NCBI GenBank assembly: GCA_029098505.1
Contig: JAQXOE010000006.1
Coordinates: forward strand, 13,979 to 77,978
Length of the DNA: 64,000 nucleotides
DNA from: Bacteroidales bacterium
GTDB taxonomy: Bacteria; Bacteroidota; Bacteroidia; Bacteroidales; UBA932
Direction of reading: 5' to 3'
Under the pieces are notes generated by a model that worked only from the letters and a program-made list of their open reading frames with translations, was not told the origin of the DNA and ran no database searches. Within the stretch, counting starts at the first letter, position 1, and every line of letters begins with the position of its first letter. Shown here in pieces: positions 26,542-35,901 of the stretch. The translations under genes and the position numbers were made by a program.

Positions 26542-27566
26542 AAAGAAAGAAGTTGATAGCAAGCCTTTCGGCTCTCGTTGTGCTGTGCTTGTGCGGAATA
26601 GCAGGTCCTAAGGCAGCGCATTGGTACATTGACAACAAGACTCCAAACTTCAGAAAAGAGGCTGTGGTCTATGTATATCCTGACTCGAAACTGGAGGATG
26701 TGGTGAATAATATCGCCGATTCAGCCTCGGTCATCAGGAGAAAGAGCCTTGACAGGATGATTGTCGAAAAGAAGGTGAAGGATTATATAAAGCCGGGACG
26801 CTATGTTGTCAAGCCTGAGCACTCAAGCGTGTACATCGCGCGTATGCTGAACAATGCTTGGCAGACTCCTGCATCACTGGTACTTTCGGGGTCAATGAGA
26901 AACAAGGGGGCAATAGCCAGAAAGATTGCAAATCAAATGATGGTGGATTCGGCTTCTGTGTATGCTGCTCTGAATGACAATGACTTGCTGAAGAAATTCG
27001 GATTCAATTCACAGAATGTCTTCTCGCTGTTCATACCTGACAGCTATCAGATGTACTGGACTGCGAGCATTGAGGATATACTTCAGAAACAGAAGGATGC
27101 GTATGATGCCTTTTGGACCAAGGAGAGGCTTGATAAAGCTGCGAAGCAGAACTTGAGCAAGGAGGAGGTAAGCATAGTGGCTTCAATTGTGTGCGGAGAG
27201 ACCAACTACGAGCCGGAAATGCCTTCGATAGCAGGAGTGTATCTCAACAGACTCCGTACAGGAATGAAGCTACAGGCAGATCCAACAGTGGCGTATTGCT
27301 TTGACTATAAATTGAACAGGGTTCTGCTGAAGCACCTGGAAGTCGATTCTCCGTACAACACCTACAAATATGCAGGGCTTCCTCCGGGACCTATATGTGT
27401 TCCGTCCAAAGCCGGTCTGGAGGCTGTGCTCAACCCGGACCGTCACGGATACCTGTATTTCTGTGCCAATGCAGATTTTAGCGGAACACATAAGTTCGCA
27501 GTCACTCTCAGCGAACACAACCGCAACGCCCGCGAGTTCCAGGCGGCGCTCAATGCACGGAAGTAA
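26538..27566 (+). CDS. mltG: endolytic murein transglycosylase MltG (YceG-like)
   Basis: ASIVCGETNYEPEMPSIAGVYLNRLRTGMKLQADPTV and YNTYKYAGLPPGPICVPS identify MltG. Confidence 0.9.
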   Translation: MKRKKLIASLSALVVLCLCGIAGPKAAHWYIDNKTPNFRKEAVVYVYPDSKLEDVVNNIADSASVIRRKSLDRMIVEKKVKDYIKPGRYVVKPEHSSVYIARMLNNAWQTPASLVLSGSMRNKGAIARKIANQMMVDSASVYAALNDNDLLKKFGFNSQNVFSLFIPDSYQMYWTASIEDILQKQKDAYDAFWTKERLDKAAKQNLSKEEVSIVASIVCGETNYEPEMPSIAGVYLNRLRTGMKLQADPTVAYCFDYKLNRVLLKHLEVDSPYNTYKYAGLPPGPICVPSKAGLEAVLNPDRHGYLYFCANADFSGTHKFAVTLSEHNRNAREFQAALNARK

Positions 27567-28563
27567 TCGCGCCTGGGTGCTTTTTCAATGGAAGGTCGAA
27601 AACAGAACCGTCGTTCGAAGCATAACTTTCAGGGAAGACGCTACGGCATTCCTTCTCGTAAACGGAGGAATTCCTGTTTCGTGAGGAGTAATGGCCGATA
27701 ATCAGGCGACCAACTCCGGCATCCTTTGCACACTGCGCAGCCTGCAGAGTCGTGGAATGGTGTCTTGTAGCGGCCAATTCAGCATACTCGGCGAGGTAGG
27801 TGGTTTCGTGATAGAGCATATCCACACCTTTTACCCATTCAGCTTCCCTTGCAAAAGGGGCTGTGTCTGAACAATAGGCAAAACTTCTTGGTATCCAAGG
27901 CACATATGACGCTTCTTCCGCTTTGATAAGCAGAGGCTCATCAGAGTCAGAGTACTTAACAAAACCGTTATGGAAACCGGGGGCTGAATCATTGTGGCCG
28001 GCAGGACGGACTATATCCTCACCTCTTTTAAGAGAGGCAATTTCCGCCAAAGTAAAATCATACTTGGCCAGGGCATCCTTGTTGACATTGCGCTGAGGAG
28101 TCTTTTCCCTGAAAAGGAAGCCATAGGTTTCGATGCCGTGATTCAAAGGGAAAGCGCTGATTTCCAGAGATTTAGTCTCATATATCAGTTCCGGAATCTT
28201 CATTTTCAGGACAATATGCCGGATTTCAAACCCTACACCGTCGCCATAGTAGGACAAGAAAAACTTGAGTATGGGGCCGAAGGCAAGGGGCGCGTAAATA
28301 TTGAGAGCAATAGTACGGCCAAGCATACCCATAGTGGAAAGAAGCCCGAAGATTCCGAAGACGTGGTCTCCGTGAATATGGGAGATGAAAATGGAATCTA
28401 TCTTCAGGGATGAGACGCCAAAATGCTGGAGCTGGACTTGCACTCCCTCTCCACAATCAATTAAAAAAGAGCGCCCGTGTACGGTAAGTACCTGGGCACT
28501 CTGAAATCTATCAATAACGGGCCTGGCCGAAGCCGAGCCCATTATTTTTAACTGGAAATCCAT
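27550..28563 (-). CDS. rnz: ribonuclease Z
   Basis: FLIDCGEGVQVQL and ISHIHGDHVFGIFGLLSTMGMLGR match the metallo-beta-lactamase HxHxDH motif. Its 3' end overlaps convergent mltG by 17 nt. Confidence 0.85.
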   Translation of the reverse strand: MDFQLKIMGSASARPVIDRFQSAQVLTVHGRSFLIDCGEGVQVQLQHFGVSSLKIDSIFISHIHGDHVFGIFGLLSTMGMLGRTIALNIYAPLAFGPILKFFLSYYGDGVGFEIRHIVLKMKIPELIYETKSLEISAFPLNHGIETYGFLFREKTPQRNVNKDALAKYDFTLAEIASLKRGEDIVRPAGHNDSAPGFHNGFVKYSDSDEPLLIKAEEASYVPWIPRSFAYCSDTAPFAREAEWVKGVDMLYHETTYLAEYAELAATRHHSTTLQAAQCAKDAGVGRLIIGHYSSRNRNSSVYEKECRSVFPESYASNDGSVFDLPLKKHPGAITSVH

Positions 28564-28566
28564 TGA

Positions 28567-30339
28567 TTACTCGCCTTTCTCGAGCTTCTCCTTGAGAGCT
28601 GCGAGAGCATCGATGTCACCAAGAGTGGTCTTCTCAACTGAAGAGTTGATCTTCTTGACAGCCTTCTTGGTGTTATCTACCTCAGCGGCAGCTGCCTTCT
28701 CCTTAGCCTCAGCATAAGTTCTTACGTGAGAAAGAAGGATGCGGTGAGTAGAGCGGCGGAGCTCAACTACGCGGAATGGAAGAGTCTCACCGGCAACAGC
28801 TGGCTTGCCGTCCTCCTTGAGGATCTCGCGGTTGAATGCGAAGCCCTCAACATCACCGTCAAGTGTGATGGTAGCGCCCTTATCGGTAACAGATGCGATA
28901 GTACCCTCAACTGTAGATCCAACGGTGTACTTAGCCTCAATCTCTGCCCAAGGGTTAGGGAGAAGCTGCTTGTGGCCGAGGCTGAGCTTGTGGTTAGCCT
29001 CATCGAAGTCAATGATCTGAACGTCAATAGTATCACCTGCAGCAACGAGCTCTGAAGGATGCTTGATCTTGTTCCAAGAGAGGTCGCTGATGTGTACGAG
29101 ACCCTCTACACCGTCCTCAAGCTCTGCGAACACACCGAAGTTGGTGATATTGCGAACTACAGCCTTGTGCTTTGAGCCTACTGGATACTTCTCACGGATG
29201 TTCTCCCAAGGGTTAGAGGTGAGCTGCTTGAGACCGAGTGACATCTTTCTGTTCTCACGGTCGATAGTGAGGATCTGTGCCTCAACCTCGTCACCTACCT
29301 TAAGGAACTCCTGTGCTGAATGGAGTCTTGGAGACCAGCTCATCTCAGATACGTGGATGAGACCCTCTACACCAGGAACAATCTCCACGAATGCGCCGTA
29401 GTCAGCGATGAGGATGACCTTACCCTTAACCTTGTCACCGACCTTGAGGTTAGCATCGAGGCTGTCCCAAGGATGTGAAGTGAGCTGCTTGTAACCGAGA
29501 GCGATTCTCTTCTGCTGCTCATTGAAATCGAGCACAACGACCTTGATCTTCTGGTCGAGCTGTACGAACTCCTCAGGGTGATTTACGCGGCCCCAAGAGA
29601 GGTCTGTGATATGGATGAGACCGTCAACGCCGCCGAGGTCAACGAATACACCGTAGTTGGTGATGTTCTTGACGGTACCCTCAAGTACCTGACCCTTCTC
29701 AAGCTTGCTGATGAGCTCGCTTCTCTTCTGCTCCTGCTCTGCTTCGAGAAGTGCCTTGTGAGAAACGACAACATTGCGGAACTCCTGGTTGATCTTGACA
29801 ATCTTGAAGTCGATAGGCTGGTTAACGTATGCATCGTAGTCACGAATAGGCTTGATGTCAATCTGTGAACCTGGAAGGAATGCCTCGATACCGAATACAT
29901 CCACGATCATACCACCCTTTGTACGGGTCTTAACGAAGCCCTTTACAATTTCGTTGTTGTTGTAAGCCTCGTTTACACGGTCCCAAGACTTGAGAGCACG
30001 TGCCTTCTTATGTGAAATAACGAGCTGACCCTTTCTGTCCTCTGCTGACTCTACGAAAACCTCGACCTTGTCACCGACCTTGAGGTCAGGATTGTAACGG
30101 AACTCAGGTGCTGAGATAACACCCTCGCTCTTACCGCCGATGGTAACGATAACCTCGCGCTTGTTGATAGCGGTAACCTCGCCCTCAACAACCTCGTTCT
30201 CGACTACTTTTGAAAGAGTCTGATTGTAAGCGTCCTGAATCTGAGCTTTCTCAGCACCACCGTAGAGCGCTGAATCGCCCTCAAATGCATCCCAATCGAA
30301 TGCCTCAGGAGCAACTGATGCGTTTAAAAATTCTGCCAT
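28567..30339 (-). CDS. rpsA: 30S ribosomal protein S1
   Basis: It contains six S1 OB-fold repeats (e.g. GEVTAINKREVIVTIGGKSEGV, GTVKNITNYGVFVDLGGVDGLIHITDLSW). Confidence 0.95.
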   Translation of the reverse strand: MAEFLNASVAPEAFDWDAFEGDSALYGGAEKAQIQDAYNQTLSKVVENEVVEGEVTAINKREVIVTIGGKSEGVISAPEFRYNPDLKVGDKVEVFVESAEDRKGQLVISHKKARALKSWDRVNEAYNNNEIVKGFVKTRTKGGMIVDVFGIEAFLPGSQIDIKPIRDYDAYVNQPIDFKIVKINQEFRNVVVSHKALLEAEQEQKRSELISKLEKGQVLEGTVKNITNYGVFVDLGGVDGLIHITDLSWGRVNHPEEFVQLDQKIKVVVLDFNEQQKRIALGYKQLTSHPWDSLDANLKVGDKVKGKVILIADYGAFVEIVPGVEGLIHVSEMSWSPRLHSAQEFLKVGDEVEAQILTIDRENRKMSLGLKQLTSNPWENIREKYPVGSKHKAVVRNITNFGVFAELEDGVEGLVHISDLSWNKIKHPSELVAAGDTIDVQIIDFDEANHKLSLGHKQLLPNPWAEIEAKYTVGSTVEGTIASVTDKGATITLDGDVEGFAFNREILKEDGKPAVAGETLPFRVVELRRSTHRILLSHVRTYAEAKEKAAAAEVDNTKKAVKKINSSVEKTTLGDIDALAALKEKLEKGE

Positions 30340-30393
30340 AATTTTGTAATGATAACAAACTAGGGGTTTAACTTTATGTATTGTGCTTCGCCG

Positions 30394-30424
30394 ACAAAAA
30401 ATGCACGCCGGTCAAAAAGCGTGC
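30394..30424 (-). terminator. rho-independent terminator after corA
   Basis: On the minus strand the stem GCACGC / GCGTGC (30403-30408 / 30419-30424) is followed by ATTTTTTGT. Confidence 0.55.
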
Positions 30425-30431
30425 AAAGATA
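30424..30431 (-). promoter_or_regulatory. -7 box (TATCTTTG) for rpsA
   Basis: The plus-strand sequence is caaagata. It abuts and overlaps the corA terminator stem and gives an rpsA leader of about 80 nt. Confidence 0.45.
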
Positions 30432-30470
30432 AACATAATATTCTGAAATACAATGAGAACCCCCAGGTTT

Positions 30471-31418
30471 TCAAAGCATTTTCTTCTTTTTGAAGAGGAA
30501 GTAGAGCACCACCGCGAAGAGTATCATCAGGGCGATGATGAACAGCCACGAGAGCTTCCAGTCTCCGAAAGGCAGATGCACGTTCATTCCGTAGAAGCTG
30601 GCCACGAGTGTGGCAGGCATAAGAAGCACGGAAACCACGGTGAAAATCTTCATAATCCTGTTCTGCTCGAGATTGATCAAACCGAGCACAGTGTCCTGGA
30701 GATATTCCAGACGCTCGAAGTTGAAATTCGTAAAGTTTATGAGGGATGCGATATCCTGAAGCAGCACGGAGAATTTGGCCTCGAGTTCAGCAGGATACCT
30801 GTCGCTCTTCACTATATTGGAAATCAGCCTCTGCTTGTCGACGACATTCTCCCTGACAGTCATTGTATTCTCCTGCAACTGATTGATATCGAGAAGGAAG
30901 TCTTCAGTGATGTCCTCATCCTGATTCATACGTTTGCTGAAACGGGCGGTATCCTTGGAAAGAATCTCCACCATATCCGCGTCAAGGTCAATTCTCTGGT
31001 CGAGCATAGCTACAAAGATGTTCCATCCGCTCTTGAAGAGGGACGGTTTGGCATAGAGCTTATGCTGGAGGCTGGTGATACTTCGCAGAGGGACGTCTCG
31101 AAGGGTCGCAAGGGTATTGTCCACGATAATGAACGATACGGGAGCGAGCTCGTAAGCGTCATCGGCAGGTGTCAAATAGTTGGTATTCGCAAAAATGGCG
31201 ACATCCGTCTCGTAGAAGCGTGACGAACTCTCGATCTCCTCGGCCTGGGCACGGCTTTGGATTTCAGTTCCGAGAAATCTCTCAGTGGCTCTTTTTTCTT
31301 CGCCTGTAGGGTCAAGAAGGTCAATCCAGATGACATCCTCTTTCTTGAGCTTGGCGAACTCCGTTTCAGACTGGCAATAATCTACCTTATCGCCTATCCT
31401 GTAGAAAATCATTATCAT
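30471..31418 (-). CDS. corA: magnesium/cobalt transporter CorA
   Basis: The C-terminal region LLMPATLVASFYGMNV carries the GMN motif and is followed by a final TM helix. Confidence 0.9.
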   Translation of the reverse strand: MIMIFYRIGDKVDYCQSETEFAKLKKEDVIWIDLLDPTGEEKRATERFLGTEIQSRAQAEEIESSSRFYETDVAIFANTNYLTPADDAYELAPVSFIIVDNTLATLRDVPLRSITSLQHKLYAKPSLFKSGWNIFVAMLDQRIDLDADMVEILSKDTARFSKRMNQDEDITEDFLLDINQLQENTMTVRENVVDKQRLISNIVKSDRYPAELEAKFSVLLQDIASLINFTNFNFERLEYLQDTVLGLINLEQNRIMKIFTVVSVLLMPATLVASFYGMNVHLPFGDWKLSWLFIIALMILFAVVLYFLFKKKKML

Positions 31419-31500
31419 AGCTGATCCCTGGTTTAGCCCGGCTCGCCTTCGCCGGTAGGGTTACACATCATCCAGCTGACATTACGGAGAAGTCAGCCCG

Positions 31501-31508
31501 CAAATATA
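31501..31508 (-). promoter_or_regulatory. -7 box (TATATTTG) for corA
   Basis: The plus-strand sequence caaatata lies 82 nt upstream of the ATG at 31418. Confidence 0.4.
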
Positions 31509-31533
31509 GGAATTATTTTTGGGAGGACAATAC

Positions 31534-32085
31534 CTACAGAAGAATATTGATACCTATCAGTATCAGCACTATACCGCCAATGATTTCGGCAATATGACCG
31601 AAACGTTCGCCAAGCTTTTGGCCGAAGCAAATTCCGACAACGACTGACAGCACAGTGACAATGAATACAGCGAGTGCCTTGAAGAGAAGGTCGTCCAGAG
31701 AATCTCCACCCATTGACAATGAAATACCGACCGCCAGGGCATCTATGCTTGTGGCAATAGCGGCAATGACGATGTGTCCGAGGCCGTTTAGGTCGTGAGC
31801 CTCTGCATCCTTGGCAATTCCTTCTTTGAGCATTGAGCCTCCGACATAAAGAAGAAGCAGGAAGCCGATTACGTGCGCAATCTTTTCGACATAGCCGACA
31901 AAAATATCCCCGAAGCCGTAGCCGAGGAGCAGCAGTCCAGCCTGCACCACTCCGAAGATGAGGCTGATGGCTATGACAGGCTTCCATTCCAGCTTCTTGA
32001 GAGTGACGCTGGAGCAAATAGAGACAGCCAGACAATCGGCGCAAAGTGACATTGCGAAAACAAGCGCTGAAAGTATAGCGATCAT
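31534..32085 (-). CDS. mntP: manganese efflux pump MntP
   Basis: The 183-aa protein has six TM segments. MIAILSALVFAMSLCADCLAVSI and AAIATSIDALAVGISL show the duplicated MntP motif. The start overlaps the recR stop (ATGA). Confidence 0.8.
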   Translation of the reverse strand: MIAILSALVFAMSLCADCLAVSICSSVTLKKLEWKPVIAISLIFGVVQAGLLLLGYGFGDIFVGYVEKIAHVIGFLLLLYVGGSMLKEGIAKDAEAHDLNGLGHIVIAAIATSIDALAVGISLSMGGDSLDDLLFKALAVFIVTVLSVVVGICFGQKLGERFGHIAEIIGGIVLILIGINILL

Positions 32086-32714
32086 ATCTTGAAATTCTGA
32101 CGGTTGATGATGGAGCGGCCCAGGGTGAGGCTGTCAGCGTATTCGAGGTCATCCCCGAAGCCGAGACCGCGTGCAAGGGCAGTGATTCTGATCCCGAAAG
32201 ACGAAATCTGCCTGTAAATGTAGAAGGCTGTGGTTTCTCCTTCCACGTCTCCGCTCAAGGCCATTATCACCTCTATCGAGGATGGGTCGTCGACGGTCGC
32301 GGTCATTGCCCTGAGTCTTTCGACCAAACGGCCGATGGTCAGATTCGACGGTCCGATGCCGTTGATGGGTGAGATGATGCCCCCGAGGATGTGGTAAACG
32401 CCCCGATATTGCCCCGTATTCTCGATGCTCATCACGTCTCGCACGCTCTCTACGACGCAGATGGTGTGATGGTCGCGACTCTTGTCCGCACAGATAGAGC
32501 AGCAGCCATTGTCCGAAATCATCATACACTCAGGGCAATATTGCACCTCATCGACCAGTTTGCGCACAGATTCAGTGAAGTGGTGCACATTTTCCTTAGG
32601 CTGGCCGAGCAGGTGCAATGCAAGCCTCAGCGCACTGCGGGAGCCTATTCCCGGGAGCGAGCTGATGGCATCGACTGCATTCTGAAGTAATTCTGACGGG
32701 TACTTTTCGCTCAT
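32082..32714 (-). CDS. recR: recombination protein RecR
   Basis: LPGIGSRSALRLALHLL forms the HhH, CPECMMISDNGCCSICAD the zinc finger, followed by a Toprim region. I set the start at MSEKYPS. Confidence 0.92.
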   Translation of the reverse strand: MSEKYPSELLQNAVDAISSLPGIGSRSALRLALHLLGQPKENVHHFTESVRKLVDEVQYCPECMMISDNGCCSICADKSRDHHTICVVESVRDVMSIENTGQYRGVYHILGGIISPINGIGPSNLTIGRLVERLRAMTATVDDPSSIEVIMALSGDVEGETTAFYIYRQISSFGIRITALARGLGFGDDLEYADSLTLGRSIINRQNFKI

Positions 32715-33550
32715 TGGCAATGATAGGAGATCAAGTTTTCGAGTGGTGAGGCTATGATGGAACTGACTTCGATGCCGGCCTCGGTGCACAGACGCTTAAG
32801 AGAGGATGCGCAGGCGGAGGCAAAACCTCCCACGAAGCCCACCCGGTCGCAATCGTATTGCAGCAGCACCCTCTGGATGAAGCTGTTAAGGTTGCGGTCG
32901 ATGAGTTCACGCAAATAGGGATGCGAGTTCGCGCGCGAGAGTATCCAAGGTGCGAAGGAGCCAAGGTAAGCCGCAGGGGCCGGACTGTGATAGACCCTGT
33001 TCACTATGCTCAGGTAATCAGCCTCGAAAGAGGAAGCGAACTCTGATGCAACCGGTGCAGGGACAAGGTCTTTCAGAAAATCTGACAGAAAAAGCTTACC
33101 CAAGCTGGCCCCGCCGCCCTCATCTCCTAGTATGAAACCGCCCGAACGCACATTGCGCACTATCGATTCACCGTCAAAAAGACAGCTGTTGGAACCCGTT
33201 CCGAGTATGGCTGCAGCTCCTGCCGAATGGCCGCAAACTGCCCGTGCCGCAGCAAGCAGGTCGGAAGCGCATTCAATCTCCGCATCAGGGAAACGCTTCG
33301 CGAAAAGACTTGAAACCATAGCCCCGGAAGGAGATCCGGCAATGAGTCCTGCCGCGTAGAAATGGACGGCGCTGACTTCATTGCCATCGAGTCCGAGGCT
33401 GTCAAGGGCGGCGGCAATGATCTCAAGGGCCGAATCTTCGGACATCGTGGCAAGGTTCACCCCTGCCGTCACTGTCATCCTGCGGTCACGGCCCGCGGCG
33501 CACCACTCCGCCTTAGTGGCACCGCTATCGATTATGAGTTTATATTGCAC
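32711..33550 (-). CDS. BadF/BadG/BcrA/BcrD-type ATPase (N-acetylglucosamine kinase-like)
   Basis: LIIDSGATKAEW (phosphate-1), AILGTGSN and GGFILGDEGGG are motifs of the ASKHA fold. Confidence 0.65.
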   Translation of the reverse strand: MQYKLIIDSGATKAEWCAAGRDRRMTVTAGVNLATMSEDSALEIIAAALDSLGLDGNEVSAVHFYAAGLIAGSPSGAMVSSLFAKRFPDAEIECASDLLAAARAVCGHSAGAAAILGTGSNSCLFDGESIVRNVRSGGFILGDEGGGASLGKLFLSDFLKDLVPAPVASEFASSFEADYLSIVNRVYHSPAPAAYLGSFAPWILSRANSHPYLRELIDRNLNSFIQRVLLQYDCDRVGFVGGFASACASSLKRLCTEAGIEVSSIIASPLENLISYHCQ

Positions 33551-33570
33551 TATAAATCAATCATTTACAA

Positions 33571-34179
33571 TCAGTCGAGAACCTCCAGCAGCTCAACTTT
33601 GAAGACGAGAGCTGCGCAAGGAGGAATGGCGGCTCCTGCACCGGCCTCTCCGTAGGCGAGATGATAAGGGATGTAAAGTTCCCAAACCGAGCCCTCGCTC
33701 ATAAGCTGAAGGGCCTCAGTCCAACCGGCAATGACCTGATTCACTCCGAAGATGGCAGGCTCGCCCCTGTCATATGAGCTGTCGAACTTCATACCGTTGG
33801 TGAGGGTACCCTCATAGTGGCACTTCACCTGAGCGGACTTGCCCGGCTTCTTGCCATTGCCATCCTTCACCACCTTGTACTGAAGGCCGCTCGGAAGGAC
33901 ATTGACGCCCTCCTTCTTGGCATTTTCCGCAAGCCAGTTCTCGCCGTCGGCCTTGAAGGCTGCAGCGACTTCCTTCTGCTTTTCCATCATTTCCTGCTGT
34001 GCTCTGGCGAAGAAATCATTGAGCACATCATTGGCCTCATCCATAGGAAGGGCCGGCTCACGTCCTTCGAGGCAATCGGCTACGGCATTCTTGAAATCTT
34101 CATATGCGAGCTCGTTCACGCCTGACTGAATCAGGGACTGGGCGATGCTCATACCCAATGCATAACTGAGTTTGTCCAT
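33571..34179 (-). CDS. FKBP-type peptidyl-prolyl cis-trans isomerase (FklB/Mip-like)
   Basis: The N-terminal dimerisation helix region is followed by HYEGTLTNGMKFDSSYDRGEPAIFGVNQVIAGWTEAL. Confidence 0.88.
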   Translation of the reverse strand: MDKLSYALGMSIAQSLIQSGVNELAYEDFKNAVADCLEGREPALPMDEANDVLNDFFARAQQEMMEKQKEVAAAFKADGENWLAENAKKEGVNVLPSGLQYKVVKDGNGKKPGKSAQVKCHYEGTLTNGMKFDSSYDRGEPAIFGVNQVIAGWTEALQLMSEGSVWELYIPYHLAYGEAGAGAAIPPCAALVFKVELLEVLD

Positions 34180-34199
34180 TGCGATAAGATAATAGTCTG

Positions 34200-34207
34200 C
34201 AAAGTTA
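34200..34207 (-). promoter_or_regulatory. -7 box (TAACTTTG) for the FKBP-recR-mntP transcription unit
   Basis: The plus-strand sequence caaagtta lies 20 nt upstream of the ATG at 34179. Confidence 0.4.
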
Positions 34208-34234
34208 GCAAAAAAAGCGTACCTTTAGCCCGAA

Positions 34235-35722
34235 ATGAAACATATTGCCTCCATCATACTTGCAGCCCTGCTGTCGCTCTCCGCCCTCGCCTCATCTCCG
34301 AAGCGCGAATTCAGGGGCGCCTGGCTGCATATCGTGGGCAATACCAGCTTCGCCGGAATGAGCAGCTCCGAAGTGCAGGACTACCTCTGCGCCACCCTCG
34401 ACTCGCTGGTGATAGCCGGGTGCAATGCCGTCTTCTTCCAGGTCAGGCCAGAAGCCGATGCCTGCTACCCATCCCCGCTCGAGCCTTGGACGCGTTATCT
34501 GACGGGAGTGCAGGGCAAGGCTCCGGAGCCTTTCTGGGACCCGCTGCAATTTATGATAGAGCAATGTCACAGCCGCAGGCTCGAGCTCCACGCTTGGCTT
34601 AACCCCTATCGGGTTACGGTCAAAGCCGGTGAGCAATTGAGCGAAGGACACATTTATTATGAGAAGCCTGGGCTCTTCGTAAAGTACGGGGATCAGCTTT
34701 ATTTCAATCCCGGCGAACCCGGGTCCCGTGAGCATATCCTGGCCGTAATCAAGGACATAGTAAGCAGATACGATGTGGACGGCATACATTTCGACGACTA
34801 TTTCTACCCCTACCCCATCAAGGGCAAGGACTTCAACGATGCCGAGACATTCCGGAAGTACGCAGCTGCGCAAGGTTTCAGCAAGGAGCAGAAGGGTGAC
34901 TGGAGGAGGAACAATGTCACAACGCTGATTGCCGAGGTCAATGCCGCAGTCAAGGAAATCAAGCCTTGGGTGCGTTTCGGAGTTTCGCCCTTCGGTATCC
35001 ACCGCAATATTTCTGAAGGCCCTGATGGGAGCCTGACCAATGGCCTGTCCGGCTACTCCGAACTCTTTGCAGACACGCCACTATGGGCTCGTGAAGGCTA
35101 TGTGGACTACCTGGCTCCGCAGCTATATTGGAAAATAGGACATAAAGCGGCTGATTATGAAACTCTTGCAAACTGGTGGAACGAACAGGAACTGCCCGGG
35201 CAGCTCTACCTTGGCCAGAGTATCGAGACTTTCTCTGAAAAAGACCTGCAAAATCCTTCCACAACACAGATGAGACGCAAGATGGAACTCAGCCGCGAAC
35301 TCCCGGGGATTCAGGGCAATATATGGTGGCCGGGCTGGTCCATTGCCGAGAATATTTGTAATATAAAAGACTCTCTTTCAACAATTTACCAAAAACACCC
35401 CGCATTTCTTCCGGCCTACGTGGATATAGACGGAGTTGCTCCGGAAAGAGTTGAAGCGTGGTTGAGCCACGTCAGCGGACAAGTGCGATGGATCACCGGT
35501 CCGGTAGATGATCCGATGCAGGAGGCGATGTACTTTGCCGTTTACCGCTTTGAGGCCGACGAGGAGCCGGACATCAGCAAAATCGAGAAGCTTTATATGC
35601 TGACCAAGGAGACTTCATTCAAGCCCGGGCCGGAAGACTTGGAAGCACATCGCCGCTTTGTGATTACCGTTCTGGACCGTTGCTGGAATGAGTCAGAACC
35701 TTCCGAGTGCATTCAGCTTTAG
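34235..35722 (+). CDS. secreted glycoside-hydrolase-like family 10 (GHL10 / YngK-like) protein
   Basis: After the signal peptide come REFRGAWLHIVGN, NAVFFQVRPEADA and GIHFDDYFYPYP, which are typical of GHL10 TIM-barrel proteins. Confidence 0.6.
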   Translation: MKHIASIILAALLSLSALASSPKREFRGAWLHIVGNTSFAGMSSSEVQDYLCATLDSLVIAGCNAVFFQVRPEADACYPSPLEPWTRYLTGVQGKAPEPFWDPLQFMIEQCHSRRLELHAWLNPYRVTVKAGEQLSEGHIYYEKPGLFVKYGDQLYFNPGEPGSREHILAVIKDIVSRYDVDGIHFDDYFYPYPIKGKDFNDAETFRKYAAAQGFSKEQKGDWRRNNVTTLIAEVNAAVKEIKPWVRFGVSPFGIHRNISEGPDGSLTNGLSGYSELFADTPLWAREGYVDYLAPQLYWKIGHKAADYETLANWWNEQELPGQLYLGQSIETFSEKDLQNPSTTQMRRKMELSRELPGIQGNIWWPGWSIAENICNIKDSLSTIYQKHPAFLPAYVDIDGVAPERVEAWLSHVSGQVRWITGPVDDPMQEAMYFAVYRFEADEEPDISKIEKLYMLTKETSFKPGPEDLEAHRRFVITVLDRCWNESEPSECIQL

Positions 35723-35847
35723 TCTGGCGCCGATTTGCTGATAAAAAACGACGATACTGAGGGTGGATGGAAGCGGAACTCAGACTGAGCCGTCTGGGGG
35801 ACTCCGAGATTTCGGTGGGAGATAAGCGGCCGCAATTGAGCTCCCTC

Positions 35848-35881
35848 AAAAAAAAGGAGCCGTCCCTGTCAGGTCGGCTCC
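35848..35881 (-). terminator. rho-independent terminator after fba
   Basis: On the minus strand the stem GGAGCCG / CGGCTCC (35856-35862 / 35875-35881) is followed by T8 (plus-strand A8 at 35848-35855). Confidence 0.8.
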
Positions 35882-35901
35882 TCATCAAAACGTCTATTGA
35901 A

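Noticed and set aside
31419-32100. I looked for a known riboswitch upstream of the metal transporters: an M-box for corA and yybP-ykoY for mntP.
   Set aside because: The mntP start codon overlaps the recR stop (ATGA), so mntP has no leader. The corA leader is only about 80 nt and lacks the M-box architecture. I report it only as a generic structured leader.
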